A stretch of 64,000 bases of DNA from Antedon mediterranea. Taxonomy: Eukaryota; Animalia; Echinodermata. The notes beneath the pieces are model-generated. The model had not been told where the DNA came from and did no database searches. It saw only the letters and a program-made list of their open reading frames with translations. Positions 25,001 through 39,513 of the stretch are shown piece by piece. The stretch is from positions 27,950,388 through 28,014,387 of the forward strand of contig NC_092670.1 in assembly GCF_964355755.1 (NCBI RefSeq). Direction: 5' to 3'. Each line of letters opens with the position of its first letter. The stretch's first letter is position 1. The position numbers were made by a program, and so were the translations under genes.

Positions 25001-28000
25001 TTGGTGTTTTTGTGTAACCAAGTTTTTTCGAAAATCACAAAAGGGTCTAAAATGTCTCAAAATGCGATTTGAAGCTATTCTGTACACTTTGATGTTTTTT
25101 TGTTAACAAGTTTTTTCGAAAGTCACAAAATGGTCTAAAACGTCTCCAAATGCGATTTGAAGCTATTCTAAGCACTTTGCTGTTTTGTGTGAATAATTTT
25201 TGTCGAAATGCTCAAAATGGTCAAAAACGTTTTTAAATACGATATTAAGCTATTTTGTGCTCTTTGATGTTTTTGTGTGAAAAGTTTTATCGAAATGCTA
25301 AAAATGGTCTAAAACGGTTTCTAATGTGATTTTAAGCACTTTGATGTTTTTATGTTAACAACTTTTTTAGAAAATCACAAAATGGTCTAAAACGTCTCCA
25401 AATGCGATTTGAAGCAATTCTAAGCACTTTGGTGTTTTTATGGTAACGAGTTTTTTTGAATATCACAAAATGGTCTAAAATGTCTCCAAATGCGATTTGA
25501 AGCTTTTCTAAGCACATTGGTGTTTTTATGTTAACAAGTTTTTTCGAAAATCACAAAATGGTCTAAAACGTCTCCAAATGCGATTTGAAGCTATTCTGTA
25601 CACTTTGCTGTTTTGTGTGAATAATTTTTGTCGAAATGCTCAAAATGGTCAAAAACGTTTTTAAATACGATATTAAGCTATTTTGTGCTCTTTTATGTTT
25701 TTGTGTGAAAAGTTTTATCGAAATGCTCAAAATGGTCTAAAACGGTTTCTAATGTGATTTTAAGCACTTTGATGTTTTTATGTTAACAACTTTTTTAGAA
25801 AATCACAAAATGGTCTAAAACGTCTCCAAATGCGATTTGAAGCAATTCTAAGCACTTTGGTGTTTTTATGGTAACGAGTTTTTTTGAATATCACAAAATG
25901 GTCTAAAATGTCTCCAAATGCGATTTGAAGCTTTTCTAAGCACTTTGGTGTTTTTATGGTAACGAGTTATTTCGAAAATCACAAAATGGTCTAAAACGTC
26001 TCCAAATGCGATTTGAAGCTATTCTGTACACTTTGCTGTTTTGTGTGAATAATTTTTGTCAAAATGCTCAAAATGGTCAAAAACGTTTTTAAATACTATA
26101 TTAAGCTATTTTGTGCTCTTTGATGTTTTTGTGTGAAAAGTTTTATCGAAATGCTCAAAATGGTCTAAAACGGTTTCTAATGTGATTTTAAGCACTTTGA
26201 TGTTTTTATGTTAACAACTTTTTTAGAAAATTACAAATTGGTGTAAAACGTCTCCAAATGCGATTTGAAGCTATTCTAAGCAATTTGGTGTTTTTATGTT
26301 AACAAGTTTTTTCGAAAATCACAAAATGGTCTAAAACGTCTCCAAATGCGATTTGAAGCTATTCTAAGCACTTTTGTGTTTTTATGTTAACAAGTTTTTT
26401 CGAAAATCACAAAATGGTCTAAAATGTCTCCAAATGCGATTTGAAGCTTTTCTAAGCACTTTTGTGTTTTTATGTTTACAAGTTTTTTCGAAAATCACAA
26501 AATGGTCTAAAACGTCTCCAAATGCGATTTGAAGCTATTCTGTACACTTTGCTGTTTTGTGTGAATAATTTTTGTCAAAATGCTCAAAATGGTCAAAAAC
26601 GTTTTTAAATACTATATTAAGCTATTTTGTGTTCTTTGATGTTTTTATGTGAAAAGTTTTATCGAAATGCTCAAAATGGTCTAAAACGGTTTCTAATGTG
26701 ATTTTAAGAACTTTGATGTTTTTATGTTAAAAACTTTTTTAGAAAATCACAAAATGGTCTAAAACGTCTCCAAATGCGATTTGAAGCAATTCTAAGCACT
26801 TTGGTGTTTTTATGTTAACACGTTTTTTCGAAAATCACAAAATGGTCTACAACGTCTCCAAATGCGATTTGAAGCTATTCTAAGCACTTTGGTGTTTTTA
26901 TGTTAACAAGTTTTTTCGAAAATCACAAAGTGGTATAAAACGTCTCCAAATGCGATTTTAATGTATTCTAAGCACTTTGGTGTTTTTATGTTAACAAGTT
27001 TTTTCGAAAATCACAAAATGGTCTAAAACGTCTCCAAATGTGATTTGAAGCTATTCTAAACACTTTGGTGTTTTTATGTTAACAAGTTTTTTCGAAAATC
27101 ACAAATTGGTCTAAAACGTCTCCAAATGCGATTTGAAGCTATTTTAAGCACTTTGGTGTTTTTGTGTAACCAAGTTTTTTCGAAAATCACAAAAGGGTCT
27201 AAAATGTCTCAAAATGCGATTTGAAGCTATTCTGTACACTTTGATGTTTTTATGTTAACAACTTTTTTAGAAAATCACAAAATGGTCTAAAACGTCTCCA
27301 AATGCGATTTGAAGCAATTCTAAGCACTTTGGTGTTTTTATGGTAACGAGTTTTTTTGAATATCACAAAATGGTCTAAAATGTCTCCAAATGCGATTTGA
27401 AGCTTTTCTAAGCACGTTGGTGTTTTTATGTTTACAAGTTTTTTCGAAAATCACAAAATGGTCTAAAACGGCTCCAAATACGATTTGAAGCTATTCTAAG
27501 CACTTTGGTGTTTTTATGTTAACAAGTTTTTTCGAAAATCACAAAATGGTCTAAAACGTCTCCAAATGCGATTTGAAGCTATTCTAAGCACTTTGGTGTT
27601 TTTATGTTAACAAGTTTTTTCGAAAATCACAAAATGGTGTAAAACGTCTCCAAATGCGATTTGAAGCTATTCTAAGCAATTTTGTGTTTTTATGTTAACA
27701 AGTTTTTTCGAAAATCACAAAATGGTCTAAAACGTCTCCAAATGCGATTTGAAGCTATTCTAAGCACTTTTGTGTTTTTATGTTAACAAGTTTTTTCGAA
27801 AATCACAAAATGGTCTAAAATGTCTCAAAATGCGATTTGAAGCTATTCTGTACACTTTGCTGTTTTGTGTGAATAATTTAGGTCAAAATGCTCAAAATGG
27901 TCAAAAACGTTTTTAAATACTATATTAAGCTATTTTGTGTTCTTTGATGTTTTTGTGTGAAAAGTTTTTTCGAAATGCTCAAAATGGTCTAAAACGGTTT

Positions 28001-28360
28001 CTAATGTGATTTTAAGCACTTTGATGTTTTTATGTTAACAACTTTTTTAGAAAATTACAAAATGGTCTAAAACGTCTCCAAATGCAATTTGAAGCAATTC
28101 TAAGCACTTTGGTGTTTTTATGTTAACAAGTTTTTTCGAAAATCACAAAATGGTCTAAAACGTCTCCAAATGCTATTTGAAGCTATTCTGTACACTTTGC
28201 TGTTTTGTGTGAATAATTTTTGTTGAAATGCTCAAAATGGTCAAAAACGTTTTTAAATACGATATTAAGCTATTTTGTGCTCTTTGATGTTTTTGTGTGA
28301 AAAGTTTTATCGAAATGCTCAAAATGGTCTAAAACGGTTTCTAATGTGATTTTAAGCACT
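16028..28360 (+). repeat. Large higher-order unit X, copy 1 (12,333 bp)
   Basis: The marker AAAATATCTCC lies at 16081 and 28414 (12,333 apart). The length is accounted for exactly by 104 A + 19 B-C pairs + a 56-bp duplication + a net 9 bp of small indels. The unit phase is arbitrary. Confidence 0.9.
22310..22421 (+). repeat. 56-bp sub-monomer tandem duplication, copy 1
   Basis: ATGTCTCAAAATGCG...TTTTGTTAAC occurs at 22310-22365 and again at 22366-22421, with junction GTTAACATGTCTC. Confidence 0.95.
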
Positions 28361-31300
28361 TTGGTGTTTTTATGTTAACAAGTTTTTTCGAAAATCACAA
28401 AATGGTCTAAAATATCTCCAAATGCGATTTGAAGCTTTTCTAAGCACTTTGGTGTTTTTATGTTAACAAGTTTTTTCGAAAATCACAAAATGGTCTAAAA
28501 CGTCTCCAAATGTGATTTGAAGCTATTCTAAACACTTTGGTGTTTTTATGTTAACAAGTTTTTTCGAAAATCACAAATTGGTCTAAAACGTCTCCAAATG
28601 CGATTTTAAGCAATTCTAAGCACTTTGGTGTTTTTATGTTAAAAAGTTTTTTTCGAAAATCACAAAATGGTCTAAAACCTCTCCAAATGCGATTTGAAGC
28701 TATTCTGTACACTTTGCTGTTTTGTGTGAATAATTTTTGTCGAAATGCTCAAAATGGTCAAAAACGTTTTTAAATACGATATTAAGCTATTTTGTGCTCT
28801 TTGATGTTTTTGTGTGAAAAGTTTTATCGAAATGCTCAAAATGGTCTAAAACGGTTTCTAATGTGATTTTAAGCACTTTGGTGTTTTTATGTTAACAAGT
28901 TTTTTCGAAAATCACAAAATGGTCTAAAACGTCTCCAAATGTGATTTGAAGCTATTTTAAACACTTTGGTGTTTTTATGTTAATAAGTTTTTTCGAAAAT
29001 CACAAATTGGTCTAAAACGTCTCCAAATGCGATTTGAAGCTTTTCTAAGCACTTTGGTGTTTTTATGGTAACGAGTTATTTCGAAAATCACAAAATGGTC
29101 TAAAACGTCTCCAAATGCGATTTGAAGCTATTCTGTACACTTTGCTGTTTTGTGTGAATAATTTTTGTCAAAATGCTCAAAATGGTCAAAAACGTTTTTA
29201 AATACTATATTAAGCTATTTTGTGTTCTTTGATGTTTTTATGTGAAAAGTTTTATCGAAATGCTCAAAATGGTCTAAAACGGTTTCTAATGTGATTTTAA
29301 GAACTTTGATGTTTTTATGTTAAAAACTTTTTTAGAAAATCACAAAATGGTCTAAAACGTCTCCAAATGCGATTTGAAGCAATTCTAAGCACTTTGGTGT
29401 TTTTATGTTAACACGTTTTTTCGAAAATCACAAAATGGTCTACAACGTCTCCAAATGCGATTTGAAGATATTCTAAGCACTTTGGTGTTTTTATGTTAAC
29501 AAGTTTTTTCGAAAATCACAAAGTGGTATAAAACGTCTCCAAATGCGATTTTAAGGTATTCTAAGCACTTTGGTGTTTTTATGTTAACAAGTTTTTTAGA
29601 AAATCACAAAATGGTCTAAAACGTCTCCAAATGCGATTTGAAGCAATTCTAAGCACTTTGGTGTTTTTATGGTAACGAGTTTTTTTGAATATCACAAAAT
29701 GGTCTAAAATGTCTCCAAATGCGATTTGAAGCTTTTCTAAGCACTTTGGTGTTTTTATGTTAACAAGTTTTTTCGAAAATCACAAAATGGTCTAAAACGT
29801 CTCCAAATGCGATTTGAAGCTATTCTGTACACTTTGCTGTTTTGTGTGAATAATTTTTGTCGAAATGCTCAAAATGGTCAAAAACGTTTTTAAATACGAT
29901 ATTAAGCTATTTTGTGCTCTTTGATGTTTTTGTGTGAAAAGTTTTATCGAAATGCTCAAAATGGTCTAAAACGGTTTCTAATGTGATTTTAAGCACTTTG
30001 ATGTTTTTATGTTAACAACTTTTTTAGAAAATCACAAAATGGTCTAAAACGTCTCCAAATGCGATTTGAAGCTTTTCTAAGCACTTTTGTGTTTTTATGT
30101 TTACAAGTTTTTTCGAAAATCACAAAATGGTCTAAAACGGCTCCAAATACGATTTGAAGCTATTCTAAGCACTTTGGTGTTTTTATGTTAACAAGTTTTT
30201 TCGAAAATCACAAAATGGTCTAAAACGTCTCCAAATGCGATTTGAAGCTATTCTAAGCACTTTGGTGTTTTTATGTTAACAAGTTTTTTCGAAAATCACA
30301 AAATGGTGTAAAACGTCTCCAAATGCGATTTGAAGCTATTCTAAGCAATTTTGTGTTTTTATGTTAACAAGTTTTTTCGAAAATCACAAAATGGTCTAAA
30401 ACGTCTCCAAATGCGATTTGAAGCTATTCTAAGCACTTTTGTGTTTTTATGTTAACAAGTTTTTTCGAAAATCACAAAATTGTCTAAAATGTCTCAAAAT
30501 GCGATTTGAAGCTATTCTTTACACTTTGCTGTTTTGTGTGAATAATTTTTGTCAAAATGCTCAAAATGGTCAAAAACGTTTTTAAATACTATATTAAGCT
30601 ATTTTGTGTTCTTTGATGTTTTTGTGTGAAAAGTTTTTTCGAAATGCTCAAAATGGTCTAAAACGGTTTCTAATGTGATTTTAAGCACTTTGATGTTTTT
30701 ATGTTAACAACTTTTTTAGAAAATTACAAAATGGTCTAAAACGTCTCCAAATGCGATTTGAAGCAATTCTAAGCACTTTGGTGTTTTTATGTTAACAAGT
30801 TTTTTCGAAAATCACAAAATGGTCTAAAACGTCTCCAAATGCGATTTGAAGCTATTCTGTACACTTTGCTGTTTTGTGTGAATAATTTTTGTTGAAATGC
30901 TCAAAATGGTCAAAAACGTTTTTAAATACGATATTAAGCTATTTTGTGCTCTTTGATGTTTTTGTGTGAAAAGTTTTATCGAAATGCTCAAAATGGTCTA
31001 AAACGGTTTCTAATGTGATTTTAAGCACTTTGGTGTTTTTATGTTAACAAGTTTTTTCGAAAATCACAAAATGGTCTAAAATGTCTCCAAATGCGATTTG
31101 AAGCTTTTCTAAGCACTTTGGTGTTTTTATGTTAACAAGTTTTTTCGAAAATCACAAAATGGTCTAAAACGTCTCCAAATGTGATTTGAAGCTATTCTAA
31201 ACACTTTGGTGTTTTTATGTTAACAAGTTTTTTCGAAAATCACAAATTGGTCTAAAACGTCTCCAAATGCGATTTGAAGCTATTTTAAGCACTTTGGTGT

Positions 31301-34300
31301 TTTTGTGTAACCAAGTTTTTTCGAAAATCACAAAAGGGTCTAAAATGTCTCAAAATGCGATTTGAAGCTATTCTGTACACTTTGATGTTTTTTTGTTAAC
31401 AAGTTTTTTCGAAAGTCACAAAATGGTCTAAAAAGTCTCCAAATGCGATTTGAAGCTATTCTAAGCACTTTGGTGTTTTTATGTTAACAAGTTTTATCGA
31501 AAATCACAAAATGGTGTAAAACGTCTCCAAATGCGATTTGAAGCTATTCTAAGCACTTTGGTTTTTTATGTTAACAAGTTTTTTCGAAAATCACAAAATG
31601 GTGTAAAACGTCTCCAAATGCGATTTTAAGCTATTCTAAGCAATTTGGTGTTTTTATGTTAACAAGTTTTTTCGAAAATCACAAAATGGTCTAAAACGTC
31701 TCCAAATGCGATTTGAAGCTATTCTGTACACTTTGCTGTTTTGTGAGAATAATTTTTGTCGAAATGCTCAAAATGGTCAAAAACGTTTTTAAATACGATA
31801 TTAAGCTATTTTGTGCTCTTTGATGTTTTTGTGTGAAAAGTTTTATCGAAATGCTCAAAATGGTCTAAAACGGTTTCTAATGTGATTTTAAGCACTTTGA
31901 TGTTTTTATGTTAACAACTTTTTTAGAAAATTACAAAATGGTGTAAAACGTCTCCAAATGCGATTTGAAGCTATTCTAAGCAATTTCGTGTTTTTATGTT
32001 AACAAGTTTTTTCTAAAATCACAAAATGGTCTAAAATGTCTCCAAATGCGATTTTAAGGTATTCTAAGCACTTTGGTGTTTTTATGTTAACAAGTTTTTT
32101 CGAAAATCACAAAATGGTCTAAAACGTCTACAAATGCGATTTGAAGCTATTCTAAGCACTTTGGTGTTTTTATGTTAACAAGTTTTTTCGAAAATCACAA
32201 AATGGTATAAAACGTCTCCAAATGCGATTTGAAGATTTTCTAAGCACTTTGGTGTTTTTATGTTTACAAGTTTTTTCGAAAATCACAAAATGGTCTAAAA
32301 CGTCTCCAAATGCGATTTGAAGCTATTCCGTACACTTTGCTGTTTTGTGTGAATAATTTTGTCAAAATGCTCAAAATGGTCAAAAACGTTTTTAAATACT
32401 ATATTAAGCTATTTTGTGTTCTTTGATGTTTTTGTGTGAAAAGTTTTATCGAAATGCTCAAAATGGTCTAAAACGGTTTCTAATGAAATGATTTTAAGAA
32501 CTTTGATGTTTTTATGTTAACAACTTTTTTAGAAAATCACAAAATGGTCTAAAACGTCTCCAAATGCGATTTGAAGCAATTCTAAGCACTTTGGTGTTTT
32601 TATGTTAACAAGTTTTTTCGAAAATCACAAAATGGTATAAAACCTCTCCAAATGCGATTTTAAGGTATTCTAAGCACTTTGGTGTTTTTATGTTAACAAG
32701 TTTTTTCGAAAACCACAAAATGGTATAAAACGTCTCCAAATGCGATTTGAAGCAATTCTAAGCACTTTGGTGTTTTTATGTTAACAAGTTTTTTCGAAAA
32801 TCACAAAATGGTATAAAACGTCTCCAAATGAGATTTTAAGGTATTCTAAGCACTTTGGTGTTTTTATGTTAACAAGTTTTTTCGAAAATCACAAAATGGT
32901 CTAAAACGTCTACAAATGCGATTTGAAGCTATTCTAAGCACTTTGGTGTTTTTATGTTAACAAGTTTTTTCGAAAATCACAAAATGGTATAAAACGTCTC
33001 CAAATGCGATTTTAAGCTATTCTAAGCAATTTGGTGTTTTTATGTTAACAAGTTTTTTCGAAAATCACAAAATGGTCGAAAATGTCACAAAATGCGATTT
33101 GAAGCTATTCTAAGCACTTTGGTGTTATTATGTTAACAAGTTTTTTCGAAAATCACAAATTGGTCTAAAACGTCTCCAAATGCGATTTGAAGCTATTTTA
33201 AGCACTTTGGTGTTTTTGTGTAACCAAGTTTTTTCGAAAATCACAAAAGGGTCTAAAATGTCTAAAAATACGATTTGAAGCTATTCTGTACACTTTGATG
33301 TTTTTTTGTTAACAAGTTTTTTCGAAAGTCACAAAATGGCCTAAAACGTCTCCAAATGCGATTTGAAGCTATTCTAAGCACTTTGGTGTTTTTATGTTAA
33401 CAAGTTTTTTCGAAAATCACAAAATGGTGTAAAACGTCTCCAAATGCGATTTGAAGCTATTCTAAGCACTTTGGTGTTTTTATGTTAACAAGTTTTTTCG
33501 AAAATCACAAAATGGTGTAAAACTTCTCCAAATACGATTTTAAGCTATTCTAAGCAATTTGGTGTTTTTATGTTAACAAGTTTTTTCGAAAATCACAAAA
33601 TGGTCTAAAACGTCTCCAAATGCGATTTGAAGTTATTCTGTACACTTTGCTGTTTTGTGAGAATAATTTTTGTCGAAATGCTCAAAATGGTCAAAAACGT
33701 TTTTAAATACGATATTAAGCTATTTTGTGCTCTTTGATGTTTTTGTGTGAAAAGTTTTATCGAAATGCTCAAAATGGTCTAAAACGGTTTCTAATGTGAT
33801 TTTAAGCACTTTGGTGTTTTTATGTTAACAAGTTTTTTCGAAAATCACAAAATGGTCTAAAACGTCTCCAAATGTGATTTGAAGCTATTCTAAACACTTT
33901 GGTGTTTTTATGTTAACAAGTTTTTTCGAAAATCACAAATTGGTCTAAAACGTATCCAAATGCGATTTGAAGCTATTTTAAGCACTTTGGTGTTTTTGTG
34001 TAACCAAGTTTTTTCGAAAATCACAAAAGGGTCTAAAATGTCTCAAAATGCGATTTGAAGCTATTCTGTACACTTTGATGTTTTTTTGTTAACAAGTTTT
34101 TTCGAAAGTCACAAAATGGTCTAAAACGTCTCCAAATGCGATTTGAAGCTATTCTAAGCACTTTGGTGTTTTTATGTTAACAAGTTTTTTCGAAAATCAC
34201 AAAATGGTGTAAAACGTCTCCAAATGCGATTTGAAGCTATTCTAAGCACTTTGGTGTTTTTATGTTAACAAGTTTTTTCGAAAATCACAAAATGGTGTAA

Positions 34301-37300
34301 AACTTCTCCAAATACGATTTTAAGCTATTCTAAGCAATTTGGTGTTTTTATGTGAACAAGTTTTTTCGAAAATCACAAAATGGTCTAAAACGTCTCCAAA
34401 TGCGATTTGAAGCTATTCTGTACACTTTGCTGTTTTGTGTGAATAATTTTTGTTGAAATGCTCAAAATGGTCAAAAACGTTTTTAAATACTATATTAAGC
34501 TATTTTGTGTTCTTTGATGTTTTTGTGTGAAAAGTTTTATCGAAATGCTCAAAATGGTCTAAAACGGTTTCTAATGTGATTTTAAGCACTTTGATGTTTT
34601 TATGTTAACAAGTTTTTTCGAAAATCACAAAATGGTGTAAAACGTCTCCAAATGCGATTTGAAGCTATTCTAAGCACGTTGGTGTTTTTATGTTAACAAG
34701 TTTTTTCGAAAATCACAAAATGGTCTAAAACGTCTCCAAATGCGATTTGAAGATATTCTAAGCACTTTGGTGTTTTTATGGTAACGAGTTATTTCGAAAA
34801 TCACAAAATGGTCTAAAACGTCTCCAAATGCGATTTGAAGCTATTCTGTACACTTTGCTGTTTTGTGTGAATAATTTTTGTCAAAATGCTCAAAATGGTC
34901 AAAAACGTTTTTTAATACTATATTAAGCTATTTTGTGCTCTTTGATGTTTTTGTGTGAAAAGTTTTATCGAAATGCTCAAAATGGTCTAAAACGGTTTCT
35001 AATGTGATTTTAAGCACTTTGATGTTTTTATGTTAACAACTTTTTTAGAAAATTACAAAATGGTGTAAAACGTCTCCAAATGCGATTTGAAGCTATTCTA
35101 AGCACTTTGGTGTTTTTATGGTAACGAGTTTTTTTGAATATCACAAAATGGTCTAAAATGTCTCCAAATGCGATTTGAAGCTTTTCTAAGCACTTTGGTG
35201 TTTTTATGTTAACAAGTTTTTTCGAAAATCACAAAATGGTCTAAAACGTCTCCAAATGTGATTTGAAGCTATTCTAAACACTTTGGTGTTTTTATGTTAA
35301 CAAGTTTTTTCGAAAATCACAAATTGGTCTAAAACGTCTCCAAATGCGATTTGAAGCTAGTTTAAGCACTTTGGTGTTTTTGTGTAACCAAGTTTTTTCG
35401 AAAATCACAAAAGGGTCTAAAATGTCTCAAAATGCGATTTGAAGCTATTCTGTACACTTTGATGTTTTTTTTGTTAACAAGTTTTTTCGAAAGTCACAAA
35501 ATGGTCTAAAACGTCTCCAAATGCGATTTGAAGCTATTCTAAGCACTTTGGTGTTTTTATGTTAACAAGTTTTTTCGAAAATCACAAAATGGTGTAAAAC
35601 GTCTCCAAATGCGATTTGAAGCTATTCTAAGCAATTTGGTGTTTTTATGTTAACAAGTTTTTTCGAAAATCACAAAATGGTGTAAAACGTCTCCAAATGC
35701 GATTTTAAGCTATTCTAAGCAATTTGGTGTTCTTTTATGTTAACAAGTTTTTTCGAAAATCACAAAATGGTCTAAAACGTCTCCAAATGCGATTTGAAGC
35801 TATTCTGTACACTTTGCTGTTTTGTGAGAATAATTTTTGTCGAAATGCTCAAAATGGTCAAAAACGTTTTTAAATACGATATTAAGCTATTTTGTGCTCT
35901 TTGATGTTTTTGTGTGAAAAGTTTTATCGAAATGCTCAAAATGGTCTAAAACGGTTTCTAATGTGATTTTAAGCACTTTGGTGTTTTTATGTTAACAAGT
36001 TTTTTCGAAAATCACAAAATGGTCTAAAACGTCTCCAAATGTGATTTGAAGCTATTCTAAACACTTTGGTGTTTTTATGTTAACAAGTTTTTTCGAAAAT
36101 CACAAATTGGTCTAAAACGTCTCCAAATGCGATTTGAAGCTATTTTAAGCACTTTGGTGTTTTTGTGTAACCAAGTTTTTTCGAAAATCACAAAAGGGTC
36201 TAAAATGTCTCAAAATGCGATTTGAAGCTATTCTGTACACTTTGATGTTTTTTTGTTAACAAGTTTTTTCGAAAGTCACAAAATGGTCTAAAACGTCTCC
36301 AAATGCGATTTGAAGCTATTCTAAGCACTTTGCTGTTTTGTGTGAATAATTTTTGTCGAAATGCTCAAAATGGTCAAAAACGTTTTTAAATACGATATTA
36401 AGCTATTTTGTGCTCTTTGATGTTTTTGTGTGAAAAGTTTTATCGAAATGCTCAAAATGGTCTAAAACGGTTTCTAATGTGATTTTAAGCACTTTGATGT
36501 TTTTATGTTAACAACTTTTTTAGAAAATCACAAAATGGTCTAAAACGTCTCCAAATGCGATTTGAAGCAATTCTAAGCACTTTGGTGTTTTTATGGTAAC
36601 GAGTTTTTTTGAATATCACAAAATGGTCTAAAATGTCTCCAAATGCGATTTGAAGCTTTTCTAAGCACATTGGTGTTTTTATGTTAACAAGTTTTTTCGA
36701 AAATCACAAAATGGTCTAAAACGTCTCCAAATGCGATTTGAAGCTATTCTGTACACTTTGCTGTTTTGTGTGAATAATTTTTGTCGAAATGCTCAAAATG
36801 GTCAAAAACGTTTTTAAATACGATATTAAGCTATTTTGTGCTCTTTTATGTTTTTGTGTGAAAAGTTTTATCGAAATGCTCAAAATGGTCTAAAACGGTT
36901 TCTAATGTGATTTTAAGCACTTTGATGTTTTTATGTTAACAACTTTTTTAGAAAATCACAAAATGGTCTAAAACGTCTCCAAATGCGATTTGAAGCAATT
37001 CTAAGCACTTTGGTGTTTTTATGGTAACGAGTTTTTTTGAATATCACAAAATGGTCTAAAATGTCTCCAAATGCGATTTGAAGCTTTTCTAAGCACTTTG
37101 GTGTTTTTATGGTAACGAGTTATTTCGAAAATCACAAAATGGTCTAAAACGTCTCCAAATGCGATTTGAAGCTATTCTGTACACTTTGCTGTTTTGTGTG
37201 AATAATTTTTGTCAAAATGCTCAAAATGGTCAAAAACGTTTTTAAATACTATATTAAGCTATTTTGTGCTCTTTGATGTTTTTGTGTGAAAAGTTTTATC

Positions 37301-39513
37301 GAAATGCTCAAAATGGTCTAAAACGGTTTCTAATGTGATTTTAAGCACTTTGATGTTTTTATGTTAACAACTTTTTTAGAAAATTACAAATTGGTGTAAA
37401 ACGTCTCCAAATGCGATTTGAAGCTATTCTAAGCAATTTGGTGTTTTTATGTTAACAAGTTTTTTCGAAAATCACAAAATGGTCTAAAACGTCTCCAAAT
37501 GCGATTTGAAGCTATTCTAAGCACTTTTGTGTTTTTATGTTAACAAGTTTTTTCGAAAATCACAAAATGGTCTAAAATGTCTCCAAATGCGATTTGAAGC
37601 TTTTCTAAGCACTTTTGTGTTTTTATGTTTACAAGTTTTTTCGAAAATCACAAAATGGTCTAAAACGTCTCAAAATGCGATTTGAAGCTATTCTGTACAC
37701 TTTGCTGTTTTGTGTGAATAATTTTTGTCAAAATGCTCAAAATGGTCAAAAACGGTTTTAAATACTATATTAAGCTATTTTGTGTTCTTTGATGTTTTTA
37801 TGTGAAAAGTTTTATCGAAATGCTCAAAATGGTCTAAAACGGTTTCTAATGTGATTTTAAGAACTTTGATGTTTTTATGTTAAAAACTTTTTTAGAAAAT
37901 CACAAAATGGTCTAAAACGTCTCCAAATGCGATTTGAAGCAATTCTAAGCACTTTGGTGTTTTTATGTTAACACGTTTTTTCGAAAATCACAAAATGGTC
38001 TACAACGTCTCCAAATGCGATTTGAAGCTATTCTAAGCACTTTGGTGTTTTTATGTTAACAAGTTTTTTCGAAAATCACAAAGTGGTATAAAACGTCTCC
38101 AAATGCGATTTTAATGTATTCTAAGCACTTTGGTGTTTTTATGTTAACAAGTTTTTTCGAAAATCACAAAATGGTCTAAAACGTCTCCAAATGTGATTTG
38201 AAGCTATTCTAAACACTTTGGTGTTTTTATGTTAACAAGTTTTTTCGAAAATCACAAATTGGTCTAAAACGTCTCCAAATGCGATTTGAAGCTATTTTAA
38301 GCACTTTGGTGTTTTTGTGTAACCAAGTTTTTTCGAAAATCACAAAAGGGTCTAAAATGTCTCAAAATGCGATTTGAAGCTATTCTGTACACTTTGATGT
38401 TTTTATGTTAACAACTTTTTTAGAAAATCACAAAATGGTCTAAAACGTCTCCAAATGCGATTTGAAGCAATTCTAAGCACTTTGGTGTTTTTATGGTAAC
38501 GAGTTTTTTTGAATATCACAAAATGGTCTAAAATGTCTCCAAATGCGATTTGAAGCTTTTCTAAGCACGTTGGTGTTTTTATGTTTACAAGTTTTTTCGA
38601 AAATCACAAAATGGTCTAAAACGGCTCCAAATACGATTTGAAGCTATTCTAAGCACTTTGGTGTTTTTATGTTAACAAGTTTTTTCGAAAATCACAAAAT
38701 GGTCTAAAACGTCTCCAAATGCGATTTGAAGCTATTCTAAGCACTTTGGTGTTTTTATGTTAACAAGTTTTTTCGAAAATCACAAAATGGTGTAAAACGT
38801 CTCCAAATGCGATTTGAAGCTATTCTAAGCAATTTTGTGTTTTTATGTTAACAAGTTTTTTCGAAAATCACAAAATGGTCTAAAACGTCTCCAAATGCGA
38901 TTTGAAGCTATTCTAAGCACTTTTGTGTTTTTATGTTAACAAGTTTTTTCGAAAATCACAAAATGGTCTAAAATGTCTCAAAATGCGATTTGAAGCTATT
39001 CTGTACACTTTGCTGTTTTGTGTGAATAATTTTTGTCAAAATGCTCAAAATGGTCAAAAACGTTTTTAAATACTATATTAAGCTATTTTGTGTTCTTTGA
39101 TGTTTTTGTGTGAAAAGTTTTTTCGAAATGCTCAAAATGGTCTAAAACGGTTTCTAATGTGATTTTAAGCACTTTGATGTTTTTATGTTAACAACTTTTT
39201 TAGAAAATTACAAAATGGTCTAAAACGTCTCCAAATGCAATTTGAAGCAATTCTAAGCACTTTGGTGTTTTTATGTTAACAAGTTTTTTCGAAAATCACA
39301 AAATGGTCTAAAACGTCTCCAAATGCTATTTGAAGCTATTCTGTACACTTTGCTGTTTTGTGTGAATAATTTTTGTTGAAATGCTCAAAATGGTCAAAAA
39401 CGTTTTTAAATACGATATTAAGCTATTTTGTGCTCTTTGATGTTTTTGTGTGAAAAGTTTTATCGAAATGCTCAAAATGGTCTAAAACGGTTTCTAATGT
39501 GATTTTAAGCACT
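28361..39513 (+). repeat. Large higher-order unit Y (11,153 bp)
   Basis: A spacing of 11,153 is seen for three independent markers (28414/39567, 24579/35732, 23761/34914). It equals 95 A + 17 B-C pairs + a net 5 bp of indels. Confidence 0.9.

Noticed and set aside
1-26850. Exactly 25,000-bp offset between the window start and its paralog
   Set aside because: The copies differ at several sites and the offset is compatible with summed monomer lengths. I treat the round number as coincidence rather than evidence of an artefact or a signal.
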